Positions 49,178 through 62,860 of a stretch of 64,000 nt of DNA are shown here, one piece after another. Source of the stretch: Ruditapes philippinarum (taxonomy: Eukaryota). Under the pieces are notes generated by a model. It was not told the origin of the DNA and did not search any database. It worked only from the letters and a program-made list of their open reading frames with translations. The stretch spans positions 434,001-498,000 of the forward strand of contig NW_026863691.1 in the NCBI RefSeq assembly GCF_026571515.1. Direction: 5' to 3'. The stretch's first letter is position 1, and the number at the start of each line of letters is the position of its first letter. The position numbers were made by a program, and so were the translations under genes.

Positions 49178-52100
49178 ATGCAGAAAGCTAAGAAATATGA
49201 CTGGAAGGACTCCAACATGGCCTTATTTGGTTCTGATACAGAAAAGCAAGTTAAAAGTAAGTAACTTTGCAGAATGTAACAGTCACCTATTGAGTGATTC
49301 TGTCTTCTAACTTTACAAAGTTGCCACAAGTCATTACTTTAGTGCAATAACAAGTTAATTCCTCATATAATTTAATCAGAGTTAACATGTCACTGCACTC
49401 AGGTGACAAGTCTTGAACTTTATCCACAATGTAATGTTTAAGTACCAGGCATCGAAAATATTTTCACTTTTCTTGCAGGAACAAGTAGCTTCTAAATCCA
49501 ATGTGCAGGCAATATTTTTCTGATTTTGATTCAAAGCATATAATTCTTGATAAATTTAACTGCATTACTCCATACATTGCATTGCAATTTGAATGGATAT
49601 TTTTTGGAGTTTTTTATTTATGACTGGTTCTTGTTTTATTATAGAGGAATCAGCAGAGAGTGAGCCAGCCTGGCAGGGATGTGGCCAGGAACCAGGTCTT
49701 CAAATCTGGAGGATTGTGGTATGTCTGCTTTTATTGTATATATGAGCCACGCCATGACAAAACCAACATAGTTTGTTTGCGACCAGCATGGATCCAGACC
49801 AGCCTGCGCATCCGCGCAATATGATCTGGATCCATGCTGTTCGCTATCAGTTTCTCTAATTGTAATAGAGTTGGAAGGCGAACAGCATGGATCCTGATCA
49901 GACTGCGCGGATGCGCAGGCTGGTCTTGATCCATGCTGATTGCAAACCCATTATGTTGGTTTTGTCGTGACGCGGCTCATATAGTTACTGCTGTTGGAAT
50001 ATCTCAGTATGGAGACCATTTTCCTTCCATTCATGCATTAAATTCCTGCTCAGTAACATGACCGTGTTTCTGTTTTGATTTTGTTGATGTTAATTCATCA
50101 ACTTTGTCATTTAATCTGCCATCTCTGTTTCCAACTCAAGTTGAGAGTTACTCATGGACTTGTGCAGAATCCAGGAACAGTAGTAAAGTAAACTACAACA
50201 TATAAAGCACGTAGATAGATAGGGCTGAAATATTCTAATACTCGCCTAAAAACCAAAACCAGCCTTCAAGTGATTGTCTTCAATTCAATGTATTTATCCA
50301 TGATGAAATTATTTTTTTACTTAATTTGTTAATACTTTGTTGACTTTGTTTTTAGAATATTTAATCAGAGTGATTAAACAAAACCACTGAACCTTATCTT
50401 GCAAGTACAAGCACCTGTTAATGCCAATCACCGTACCTTATTAAGGCGCCTTAATTTATTATTTTTACTTATAATGTACCTTTCTTATGATAAACAGGAT
50501 GTAGTCCTTTATACACTTATAATGTTGATAAGTGATAAAATTATTTTGTTAATGTGTTACAAACTGATAGTTAATGAAATGATATGGGTTTTTTTTTTCG
50601 TTTTACCAGAAATTTCAGGTAACAGAATGGCCAAAGGAAGACTATAGTAAATTCTACGAAGGAGACTCATACATTGTTCTTAATGTAAGTAATCAGTAAT
50701 AAATTATTGATAGCTGTTACACTACATAAAACTAACTACACGGCATTACATACCAGGGGTGTCACGTTTATCTGTTCAAACGGGTACAGTCGGTTTTTAG
50801 CTAAGAAAAAAAATGATTAGAAAATTCAATAACTAGTAACGGAGATAAGTATTTGAAAAAGAGTACAACAAAATACAAACCAATTGGCATATCTTGTCAT
50901 AAAGAACAAAGTTAATGTTGAAAATTTAATGATTTTATTAGTACGGTCTGTTAAACATTTAACACGGTTATCTGGTCTCCATTTAAATGGTTAGGATTTT
51001 CTCTTACCGTGACACCCCTATTACATACATTGTCTGATATTTTCACAGTCCATTTCTATGTTTCTTTTTGTGTTCTGCATAAAGCAGAAAACTGATGCAA
51101 ATTATGGTCCAAGTCATATTTTCTTCAATAAATTTAAAAAAAAAAAATTTAAAAAATATTTTACGTGAAAAAAACTGTAAAGCCCACTATTTCTAGGAAG
51201 TAATCCATACATAGAATGTTTATTTGAAAATCAGTATTTTTTTATAAAGTGAAATGGCATGTTTTTCGTAATGTTGAAATATTACTGGTTGCACTTTACA
51301 AAAAGATACTGATTTATGTTCTAAGAAATCATTAGATTTATATATTTCTTACTAGAATGAGCAGGCTTTACACTCTATCCCATTAAAAAAGCAATGAAAT
51401 ATTAGAGAAAAGTTACCAAAGAAAATACTGCCTGAACTGTCATTTGTATTGACAGATAAGAAAATGCCACATGGATCACACCATGTCACATGGTATAGGC
51501 ATCGTGATTGTGATATCACAGTCCGTCTTAAATGCTTAATGGTAACAAGCTTGTATTGTATCAGAAACTGAATGTTTATTTATAAATGTGTTGCTTGTAG
51601 GTATCACAGCTTACAAGTCAGCAATATTTTAACAATTAACCTACAGCGTTTCATAAATGGACCTGCCAAGGTTCCATTTTGAAACAGTCAGCAATTTGGA
51701 AATATCAAGATAACAATTTATACAACTGTCCACAAAAAGGATTTCATGATCAGTCACAATAAAAAAGGCCTACTGTGGCCAGGAATTGAACCCAGATCAC
51801 AGTCCAACACTTCCTATTGAGCTGGACCGTTCAATTCACAGATGTTCAGACTTGGCTGTTTTTATTCACCCGTACAACAAGGTTGTAAGGGGGGTATACT
51901 GGAAACAGCTTGTCTTGTCTCCCTGTCCGGCCGTCCCTCAGTTTTTTCTTGCCCACCCAATAACTTAAGATTCCTTTCAGGCTTTCACCCACAGTCTTCA
52001 TATTTGGTATTTAGATTGGTCATGATTAGTAGATGATCCCTATTGATTTTGAGGTCACCAGGTCAAAGGTCAAGGTCACAGGGGACTTGACTAAAAAAGC

Positions 52101-55100
52101 TTGTCCACCCAATTATTTAAGATTCCTTTAACCCACAGTCTTCATATTTGGCATGGTGGTTAGTCATGATTAGTAGATGACCCCTATTGATTTTGTGGTC
52201 ACTGGGTCAAAGGGACCTTGACATCAAAAGTTTGTCCAGCCTTATAATTTTGAGGTCAAGGTCACAGGGACCTTGACTAAAAAATTAAAAAAAAGCTTGT
52301 CCACCCAATAACTTAAGATTCCTTTAATGCACAGTCTTCATATTTGGCATGGTGTTTTAGTCATGATTATTAAATGACTCCTATTGATTTTGAGGTCACT
52401 GGGTCAAAGGTCAAGATCACAGGGACCTTGACATCAAAAAGTTTGTCCGCCCAATAACTTAAGAAACCTTTGACCCATAGTCTTCATATTTGGCATGGAG
52501 GTTGATCATAACCATTAGGTGACCCCTATTAATAATGAGGGAGGTCACTGGGTCAAAGGTCACAGGGACCGTGACTAAAAAAAGCTTGTCCACTCAATTG
52601 CTTAATGCTTTGGTCAACAGTCTTCATATTTGGGTATTGAGATTGTTTATGACTAATAGATAACCTCTATTGATCTTTAGGTGACTGTGTCAAAGGTCAA
52701 GGTCACAGGGATTTTTACTATAATAAGCTTGTCTGCTCAAATGCTTAAGAATGCCTGTCCGCAGTGTGTTGATTTTGATATTTTCACATTTGAAGCATGT
52801 AGAATACATAACTTAGCATTGCACTGGCTTAGTAAACTCAGATATGACAGGGAGGTTGTTCTTGAGCTCTAAATGGCCACTGTTGACTCTGACAAAGTGG
52901 TATGCAGGGTATTCACGCCATGACAGTGGCAGTTCTAGTTTTTACTGGTGGCAAAGACTAAACACTTTTGATTCCAGCAGGTTAAGGGTTAATGTTGGGC
53001 TATACATATATCTCAGTTTGTGATCTTAATATACTTATTTTGTGTCTGAAATGAAACACTTATATCATTTGTTATTTTTTTAGACATACAAGAAGGAAGA
53101 CGGTGATGAACTGTTGTATGATGTTCACTTTTGGATAGGAAAGCACAGCACACAAGTAAGTATTTTCCTCAAATGGACCTCCTTGTTGCCAAGACGCTGC
53201 CTTTAAAGGTTAAGGCATCAGAATTGCTGCCACTGCTTATCTCTGCAGGATTGTAAGTGGAGACTAAATGGGTTCAAATTACTGGAGTCTATAGATATAA
53301 GCATCTCTTAGCTCCGGCAGGTGAGAGGGGTTTGAACCGTTGTATTGCACCCAAGTGTAGTCAAATTCTGCTTTGGAGCCATATGACCTAAATTGTTTTA
53401 GTGCACCATTAAACCAAGCAAAAATCCTCAAATATATATGAATTAAATCAACAGTAGATTAATCCATGCCATACTAAATATCTAAATTGGACTCATCCAT
53501 TTTTCAAGTTTGACAAAAATTATTTTAATTGACTGAATAGCCAACAGTGTTGACTTATAATGTTCTAGAATGTTTGATAATTTGTTTATGTTTAGATTAG
53601 TCCTTGTACAATTCTGATATATATATTTATTTATTTAAATAGAATGAATTCTGTTTAAGAATATTAGTACATGTATAGTTATTTTGTTTATTAAAAAGGG
53701 ATTCTAAAATTCTAGAAAATTGATGAATTTATTGATTTGGATAGAATGAATTCCAATCTATTAAACATTGTATTTATATATTTATATAATTTTGTTTATT
53801 TTTTAAATAAAAAGGATGAGTATGGGACTGCAGCTTATAAGACTGTAGAACTTGATACATTCTTGGATGACAAGCCTATCCAGCATAGGGAAGTTCAAGG
53901 CCATGAATCTACGCTATTCAAGTCTTACTTCGAAAGTATTTCGTAAGTACTCTTATAAGAATTTATACCCTTGTATCCGTTGTTTATCCCCTTTTGGCAG
54001 AGGGGCTGCCTTTTATGGTTGATCATATGAATTGCAGCCACTGTTAAACTCTGCATGCTTGTAAGTGGCGACTAAATTGATACTTGTAACTGGAGTCTAT
54101 GCATCCCTTAGCTCCTGAAGGTGAGATGGTTTTGACCCCTGGTGTTGCTTTGAAGTTGGTAACACAAAGGTTAGCCTGTTTCAACACCATATGACCTATA
54201 GTGTGTTGGTGTGCTGTAAAACCAAACAAACAAATCAGTTGTTTAATTAGGACAATATAGTTTTATTTTTTAGCCTTTAAGATCTTTCTAAGAATAAAAA
54301 TCCATAGAAGTTAGTCAGTTTCCTATCTTTGCTTTGCTTTCTCCCTACTCTATGTATGTAGATAGATCTCATTGGGTAGATGTGCAATGCTCTGCCTTAA
54401 CAAATTTTTGAGTTATTACCTTTCATTTATTTTTACACTTTGAACTTTGTCCAGGACATAACTCTAATACTATAACCCGAAGAGATATCAAATTTTTTAG
54501 ATGATTGATTTTATTGGAAATTGACAAGAACCCAACTCAGCCTTTTTAATTTTGGGGTTTTTGGTTTTTTTTTAAAATTAAATTTTTCGGGGACAAAATT
54601 TAAAAAACTACAAAGGTATCAGAAAGAACTAATTTGGTCGATAAAATGTCATTGAGAGAAAAGGTAAAAACAAAACTTTGCCTGCCTAATTTAATATCGC
54701 ACTTTGAATTTTGTCCGTGAAGGTATACTTTTCCGTGTCCAAAACCTATTCGGGGAGTATCACCAGGTTCAATAGTATCTTGTTCTATTTGTTGTTAAAT
54801 GATGTAAATAATTACTATTTTCTAAAATATTATTATCTTTATGTAGAAAAAAAACCGAAAAAAAACAAAACAATAAAAATATAATACATGTAGTTAAATT
54901 ATCAATAACTGTTTCTGCATTGTGTAAGACTGCAAAATTATGCAAAGGTCATTGTAAAATTATTCATAAAGGTCAAGAGTGAAGATCAAAAGTAAAATTT
55001 TAAAACAAAAGTCTATTAAAAGTTATTTTTTAATGTAAAATATGAAAAATCATTGTGAAAATTTAAAGGGCATTGTAAATTTTGCAAAAAGGGCAAAATG

Positions 55101-58100
55101 AAGATCAAAAGGTCTATATATAACCAGCCAGGTTAGATGTTAAACTTAATTGTGAAATGATATATTGCAGGTATATGAAGGGTGGAGCAGACACTGGTTT
55201 TAGGAGAGTTGTGCCTGAGGAATATGTTCCAAGATTGTTTGAGGTGAAAAAAGAAGGGAGGAAAATATTCTCAAAGGAGGTATGTAATAAACGTTATTCA
55301 TAAAAGCTGCGTCATGACAAAACCAACATAATGGGTTTGCAACCAGCATGGATCCAGACCAGCCTGCCCTTCCACGCAGTCTGATCAGGATCCATGCTGT
55401 TCGCTTACAAACTCTAATACAAGTGGAGAAACTGACAGCGAACAGCATGGATCCTGATCAGACTGTGCGGATGCGCAGGCTGGTCTGGATCCATGCTGGT
55501 CGCAAACGCATTACATTAGTTTTGTCATGACACGGCTCATATGTATTAGTCAACACCTAATTTTATACTGTTTGATTTGGTTTTATGTCACACCGACATA
55601 GTATTGGTTATATGGCCGTGTTTGGGCTATACTGGTGGAGGACCTCAGGTGCCCGTCCGTGCATTATGTCAGGCACAAACGTGCACCTGAGTAGTACCAC
55701 TGATGTTCCATAAGGGAGCTGGATAGCTTCCTCAAATGAAAGAATCTGAAGGGATTCTAACCACAGCAGTGAAGGGCAAGTGGTTTAAAAAAGTCAACAA
55801 CCTTAACCACTTGGCCATGGACGCCCTAATTTTATACTGTAAATTCACTTAATTGTTGATTGAATTAAATATAGTACAGAAATGATCTTACAAATTTAAT
55901 AACTGATCTTTTTATGAAAACCACAAAGTAAGTTCCCTATGAATAATGGTGATTTTTAGTATACTGTCAAACTGGTTTATTTACATAATTATATTAATTT
56001 CGTTTATATTCACAAACCAGTTAAAATTTTCTTTGCAGTTAAATTATCATGATTAAATATATAAACACCTAAATTGATTGTGCTTTTTCACTTTATTCAG
56101 CTGCAACAGTTTTTATTTTGGATATAATGATGTGAATTCATGAATATTCGATTATAGTAAAAACACACACACACATGTATGTGATATAGGCAGAAAACTT
56201 GTTTTTGTAACTTTTTTCACCTGTTACTTGTTGTCTTGTAGATTGCCCGTACTAGGAGTAACCTCAAAAGTGACAATGTGTATATTATTGATGCTGGACT
56301 TACATTATACCAATGGAATGGATCAAGTTGCAGTCATGATGAGAAATTCAAGGTACAGAGTTTGGTTCTAAGTTTTGCGTTTAATAAAGTATGAAAGTGT
56401 TGTGTATAATTATAATGTGTCATATTTGAAGATTTATCTACTGATATTTAATTTTTTGTTTGATAGCTTACAGCTGCATGCTGCCATTGATGAGCTGAAA
56501 TATTTCAAGAAAATAAAAAATTGAGAAAAATGAGTACAAAATTGTACAATTGTTGATAAGACGGGCCCCTGGGCGAGTCAGGTTTGATTCCCAGACTGTA
56601 CACATCCTTTTTAATGTGATTATGAAATCTTTTCTATGGTCATTTGCACTGTACAGAGGCTAACAATTTTTTTTTTTGCGAAAGTTACCTAGTACTGGTA
56701 AACTGCTTGACAGCCTGCCCAGAATCCATTTGGTAGTTGAATTGTGCTCAGGTGAAATCAAAATGGCTAACTGCTGTGATCTGGAATGTAAACTACCAAA
56801 ACTACCACCACCATTCTACAAAAGAAGTGTCAAATAAGATGTTTCTGGTTGTTTTGTTTTCTATGATAGTGATTTAAAATATTATTATATGTAATCTTTA
56901 AGGCTGCCCAAGAAATGCAAAAGATTGACAGTGAAAGAGGAGGCAAAGCTAAAACAGTATGCCTGGAGGAAGACGGTATCTCACCTGAAGTAAGTTTTCT
57001 TATATGTAATCTCCTTTTTAGTGATAATTAACAAGAAATCATTATTAAAATTCTGATTTGCTCGAGTGAAAACGCACATCAAGTTTGTCTTAAATAATTT
57101 TTTTAATCTTATTGTTCCACTTTTAATGAATGACGTCTCATCTTTTGATATAAGTCTCTAAGGGAGGCAACACTTATTACCGCAGAATAAGGAACTTTGG
57201 TGGTTCTACTCAGGTGACCATTCATGCCTGAAGTATTGCACTGAGGTACACAACAAGTTATAAGCTGGTAAAAAGTCGCCACATGTCTTTTACAGTGTTG
57301 ATGCCAAGTAAAAACAAACCTAGCACCCACAAACCCACTGCACCCTCCCCCCACCCCACCCTTCAAATAAGAAAAATAATTAGCAGAAAAACATCCTCTG
57401 AATGAAAGTATGTCTTATATAGACATTTCTTTTAAGCATTTTATAGAGATTTCACCTATATTGTTAATTCTAACAAGATCTCACTTACTTAAATGAAAAT
57501 CTGGATGTTTTGTGGGTTTTATTTGAATATAAATTCAGGACAGATTAGTCTGACACTGACATTCTAAAATTATTCAGGACAATTATTTTGGATTTAAACT
57601 GTTGTTGATGAGGAAACCAGGTTAGACCATAAAATGTAATTCCTTGCAATGATTTTATTTATTTAGCACGCAGTTTATGGTTACCTGGATGGAGAGGATG
57701 ATGATGATGATGAGCCTGATGCTGATGATGATGACGCTGTTGTTCTGAAGAAGGTGTGTGATGCTGACGGAACCTGTGACCTAGAGGACGTGAAAGAAGG
57801 GGAAGTTAGTAGAGATGACCTCACGTCGGATGTAAGTGTAGAACTTTTTGTTCTTTTATTTAACTCTCTTCTGGCAGAAATTGAAAGTCATGAAGCTTTG
57901 CCACCGATATAAAACCAGGCAAACAAGCTCTGTACTCTCTTTGCTGTACATTACCCTGTAACATTAAAATTGAAATTATGGAAAGAATATGTGAAAAAGT
58001 GCTGTTTTTTTCAAAGAAACAAACCTATTTTTTTTTTTATCAAATTGAGAATCAATCAGATCAAAATAAAGATCAAATTTAGGATCAAGATCAGTTTTTA

Positions 58101-59717
58101 ACAATCTTTCCTGTAAGTTCTGGTCAAATTCACCTCAAAATTTCTTTGTAGCATTCTTTGTGTGACTAAAATCTTTAATCTGCTAAAATCTTAATGAATT
58201 TGCCTCGCCAAGAATTTGGAATAGTCAATTTAACATTAGAAGTGATTTCAATATCAAAATACAACAACTGAGCTACCAGCAATATAATAGAACCCAAGGT
58301 CAGATTGCACTTTTGGTTTTTGAAGGTTAAAGGTTATTTTACACTTATATAAGAATACTTTGACAAGTGATGCTAGGTCATTAGAGCTTTCTTATTACGA
58401 ACAAATTTAAAGATATACTATGCTCAAATTTGATATCAAGAACTATTGGTAATTGCTACACAGTCTCTTTGTAAATATAAAATAAACATGTTTTGACTTC
58501 ACACAAAGTAGATATTTCATGTTTAAAACCCTACACACTAAAGGTGGTCACAATATAAATATATAGTGTCATTAAAAAAACTGGCAGTTTTTTTATGAAA
58601 ATACCAACTTTACTTGTACTGTAAAAGGGGACGCCACTTTCATAACATAGTTAATTCATATTTTTATTCAAATTAAACATATTCTGTAAGGATTTTATAG
58701 GTTTTAACAAATTTCTTTGATTAAGATATTTTACTCAAAGATGAGCATAGTATATCTTTAATCTAGAAATAAAGATATTTTTTGTTTTTTAGCAGCTAAT
58801 CTGTAGGTACAAACAAACTTTTACAGTTACAGCTTTGAAAATAAGTGCAACAGGTGGACTTATCTATTGTGCCGGGTAGTGAACCGTGAAAATATAATGA
58901 TAAAAATTGTTTGTACATGCGAATTAGCTGAGAAAAACCCACATTTGCTGAGTTCCGGATAACATCTTAGGATTATCTCAAAATTGTTCATAAAGTGGAT
59001 TCATACAGTTTAGATATTGTGTTAAAGTTTAAGATTGTGTAAGTATAGGAGACCTGTAATTTTTCTCTTCAGCTAGTTACTGAAACAGTGTATTAAAACA
59101 GTGTATTAATATATTAGACTTTTAAGATACAGACAGACAGAAAAGATTTCGTTTAATATGTGTTACTAGGTATTTTCTTTTTGTTGTAGGCTGCATATTT
59201 GGTACATAAAGACAAGCATTTGTTTGTTTGGATTGGTACTGAAGCATCTGTTGATGAGAGACGTAATGCATTTGGATATGCTCATGTAAGTTTTATTTTA
59301 TCTTTTTATATCATGATCATGTCAGTCAGTTACAACTTTTATAATATACCTATGCTATTTTTGCAACTCCATAAAAACGGTATAGCACGGCTGTGCAATT
59401 CATGACGAGATGTTATTTGCGTTATAGAAACAGCATTAAGTTGGCTAAATTTTAGCCTTATATTATGGGTGCTTCAGTGAAAATAACTCTTTTTTGGGGA
59501 CTGTAAACATTTCTTGTTTTGGGTATGTTATAAATAGGCTATTACATTCCTGTAGCTTTATTACTAAATTTATTGAATGTGGCCGTTTATTTATCTTTTT
59601 ATTTGTGTTCAACAGAAATACTTGCAAGGAACATCAGTCCCATGGACACCTGTAACTGTCGTAGCCGAGGGTAAGGAAAATGATTTGTTCAAAAGCTCTG
59701 TACCAGGGTGTGCCTAA
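49178..59717 (+). CDS. Gelsolin-like protein (three-domain severin/fragmin-type actin modulator), 365 aa
   Basis: Eleven exons total 1098 nt in one open frame: 49178-49256, 49645-49718, 50610-50684, 53084-53155, 53815-53942, 55171-55279, 56242-56352, 56903-56989, 57667-57831, 59190-59285, 59616-59717. Motifs [81 protein letters not shown]. Confidence 0.95.
49743..49979. mobile_element. Palindromic MITE, copy 2
   Basis: Same family as 3601-3837, inserted in a TA-rich site. Confidence 0.9.
50754..51020. mobile_element. hAT-type MITE with 8-bp TSD
   Basis: TIRs caggggtgtcacg / cgtgacaccccta, flanked on both sides by ttacatac. Confidence 0.85.
51859..52942 (+). mobile_element. Helentron-associated (HINE/DINE-1/pearl-like) non-autonomous element with internal ~120-bp satellite array
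   Basis: Starts T-rich (tttttattcacccg...ggggggtatactgg) with a short GTCC/GTCT tract. About 6-7 units follow, with cagtcttcatatttgg...gattttgaggtcac..ggtcaaaggtcaaggtcacaggg. Ends in a short hairpin and ttctagtttt. Confidence 0.75.
53170..53425 (+). mobile_element. SINE-like repeat, second family (copy A)
   Basis: Shares tgtaagtgg.gactaaat...actggagtctat...cttagctcc...ggtgaga...ccatatgaccta with 54000-54235. Confidence 0.65.
54000..54235 (+). mobile_element. SINE-like repeat, second family (copy B)
   Basis: Matches copy A and ends gtgctgtaaaacc(aaac)n. Confidence 0.65.
55303..55539. mobile_element. Palindromic MITE, copy 3
   Basis: Same family as 3601-3837; the left tip is slightly degenerate. 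Confidence 0.9.
55572..55826 (-). mobile_element. Full-length tRNA-derived SINE with TSD
   Basis: On the minus strand the head gggcgtccatggccaagtggttaagg is followed by the core and an aaaccaaatcaaa tail. It is flanked by the direct repeat taattttatactgt. Confidence 0.85.
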
Positions 59718-61554
59718 GTGTGATGTACAGTCAGCAAACATTAAAATGAACTCTATTTACACTCAATCTGCCGAGTTTCTTTAATCCAGCTATTATGTTT
59801 GGAACTGTTTATTGTCAGTTTTGGGTATATCAAGTTAAAAATTCTAATATAGCTAGCCATCGGTATATTGACAGGTCGGACGGTATGGATGTGCTTGGCT
59901 GGCTGAGGCTGTATACTGGTGGCCAAAAGGCTAATTATTTTTGGTTTTAAGCTAAGTAAGGGTTTATAGAATTCATTATTGGATGATGTAGTTTCTTTTG
60001 AATATGTAACCTTCACCTTGATATACACAAATGTCTTGTTGCCAACACTACATTATAATTATATCATCATGAAAATATTTTGAATATATACATGAATATT
60101 ATGATGATATAACTTTTCAAGTTTTGAAGCTATATAATGTAGCAATAGCATTGTCCCACACATATTATATAGTACTGATGAATTTTGTGCAGTAATTTCT
60201 ATATACCATTACACTGCTTGCAACTTTAAGATACAAGATGTATATTCAACTGTTTAGAAGAACATCTCTTTTTTTATTCTATTTTATGCAAGCAAATAGA
60301 GATTACAGTGAGATATTACGGTAACAGTCAGTGATACAACTTATATTTCACTAATATAATCAGTAGCATAAAGATTTTTTTATATCTCACTAATGAAAAC
60401 AATAGCACCGGAGATCTTCCTACACCTTTAAAGCTGGAAAGTCACCATTATAGGCATATGACCTTTACTGTGTTGGTGGGGCATTAAAAATCAAATACAG
60501 AAAATAAAAGCTTTTACAGTGATAAATATTCTGTGAGCGAATTTTTTTATATATCAATAATGAAGCAAATATGTATTTTTCCTCTAGAACACTTAATGAA
60601 TGTATATTCTGTTTTGTTGTTTTTTAGGTTTTTTTTTCTGTTTAAATCTTGTTGCTCAAGGACTGCTTTTTTGCTATTCAATGTCAAATGTTCAATATGC
60701 TGCAATTACTTAAAAAATGTTGTGTAAAGGAGAAAATCTGTGCAATCTTGATATTTCATTCATCTTAAAACTTTAAGCTTAGCTTATAATTGCCTTTTCA
60801 AACCTTTAATTATGCTATTGTATTGTTTCTTTTTAGATATATCAATTCATAAACTTCTAAGATTCATTGTAGATTTAAAGCAAGACAAATTTCATTACAT
60901 AAATTCAACATGGTGAAGGTTTAAACGGACTATGTTGCAATATGTTTTAGACTGTGCTAATTTAATGTGTTATTCTTGTTATACTGCAGTAGATCTGTAC
61001 CACACTTTGTTAAAGGGAACATTATATATATATTATTATTATATTATTTTCTTAATATATTTAACAAACATTCTAAATCTTGGCATTCCATGTCATTTTT
61101 TTTCTTTCAAAAAGCTTATTTTACATTATGTATAACTTGCCTTAAAGTAAATTTACATACAATTTTGATGCATATATTGTTAACATTTCTTTTCTTTTCA
61201 ATTAATTCATGAAAACAAATGTTTGTATATAAGAAGAAAATTGGTAAATTTCTTAGTGCAAATTACTTTACAAATTCAAGTGACCTCTTCATAATATTTT
61301 TTTAATCAAAAGGGTTTACGATTATTATTGTAAAAAAAAGAAAATTGGACAAGAATTTACATCTTTCTCTTGAAAAAAGAGCTAGCCATTTCGTTTCTAA
61401 AGTAACACGCTTTCCATATTTGCTTTTCGTGTTTATTTACTGATTTAGATAATTTCAAATAAAACATATCAAAATGGTGCTTAGAGTTTGTTTCATTTTA
61501 CCATTATACAATTTAGTCTAAACATGTTTTTGCTTGATTGCAAAATAAATTCTT

Positions 61555-61712
61555 GCAAACTTATATTGATCACTTTTGAGTCCGCTTCCTGAAACTAACC
61601 AGTAACTGGTGTCATATAAAAAAAAACATGATCGTGATCCGATTAGTGCTAAAACCTGTGATTCCTGGGTTGAACGACAGACACTTTAACCACTAGGCCA
61701 CCGCTTCTCTCG
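61555..61712 (-). mobile_element. tRNA-derived SINE fragment
   Basis: The minus strand reads gagaagcggtggcctagtggttaaagtgtctgtcgttcaacccagg (A box), then gacaccagt.actgg...caggaagcggactc. Confidence 0.6.
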
Positions 61713-62232
61713 ACAGAGAATTAGTTGTTTATTGTTGGCAGCCCTATTGTGAACATCGGTGGCAAAAGAAAAATTGTGTGTGTGTAGCCTATGCTTAATA
61801 AGGGTCCATCTGCCCGTGAAGGGTACAAAAAGCAGCTTAAGCTGTCGAGTACGGACCTGGTACAGGACACCAGTCGATCATGCCCTTAAAGGGTTAATTT
61901 TGAAGCACAAAGTGGTGATAATTTACCTTCATGCAATTTCCACGTAGTATTATGCAAAGATATGAATAATTTGAGCCAAAACTTGGTCACAAGTGTACAG
62001 TAACTTGAAACAATACGGAGAGGAGATAGCCTGAAGAAAAAATATTTTAGCAAAAAAAATTAAAATTGAGCACTTCTTTAAATACCATCATCGCTGAAGT
62101 AACAGTGATACATCTTTGGTCCATCAAAGTTTACTTAATTCATTATGTTTAGAAGTATTTCATTTCGGGACATTAACATGTCGAAGGTACCTATATCTGT
62201 TCACAGTATTCTGGTAACAATTACTTCATCAC

Positions 62233-62860
62233 AAACAAGAGCTGTCACAGGAGACAGCGAAACTCGACTAATAAAATACTGGACCCTGTAAGGAAGACAA
62301 AAGCATGAAAGAAAAATCAGTTATGTATAATTATGTTTAAAGTAGATACCTTAAAAAGTAAAGAAGTTATATTTCTTAAAGAAAATCCTAAGTTCAAAGA
62401 GAGATAAATCTGTAAATATTGATTCAAGTGTTATGAGCATTGTCACATAAAATGTAACTGATGATAAGGAATAAGTATTTTAAGTTTGAGGTAGGTACCT
62501 TTAAAACAAAAAAGTTATAGTAAAAAATAACATTTTTCTAGTAAAAAAATCTAAGTTTATGGGGAGATAATTCTTGCAATATTGGTGCTAGAGTTATGAA
62601 CCTTGTCCCATAAGATGTGAGTAAGGATAAGGTACATATATTTGAAGTATGAAGTTGATCCCTTAAGAAATAAAGAAGAAACAGTAAAAAATAGTATTTT
62701 TTCAGGAAAATTCTAAGTTCAAGGGGAGATAAATCTGAAAATATTGGTGCTAGAGTTATGATCCTTGCCACATAAGATGTGGTTGATGATAAGGAACATA
62801 TATTTGAAGTTTGAAGTTGATACCTTAAGAAATGACAAAGTTATACTTGCCTTTTTTAAA
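62233..62860 (-). mobile_element. HINE-like element with internal ~150-170-bp tandem repeats
   Basis: Terminus aaacaagagctgtcacaggagacagc (hairpin). About three units of aagttcaaggggagataaatctg..aatattggtgctagagttatg...gataagga...tttgaagttgataccttaa follow. The distal end is uncertain. Confidence 0.65.

Noticed and set aside
49731-49934. ORFs [19 protein letters not shown] (also 55348-55530 and 55200-55448)
   Set aside because: These are translations of the palindromic MITE, not genes.
51940-52745. Regularly spaced repeats resembling a CRISPR array
   Set aside because: The DNA is eukaryotic, whole ~120-bp units repeat without unique spacers, and there are no cas genes.
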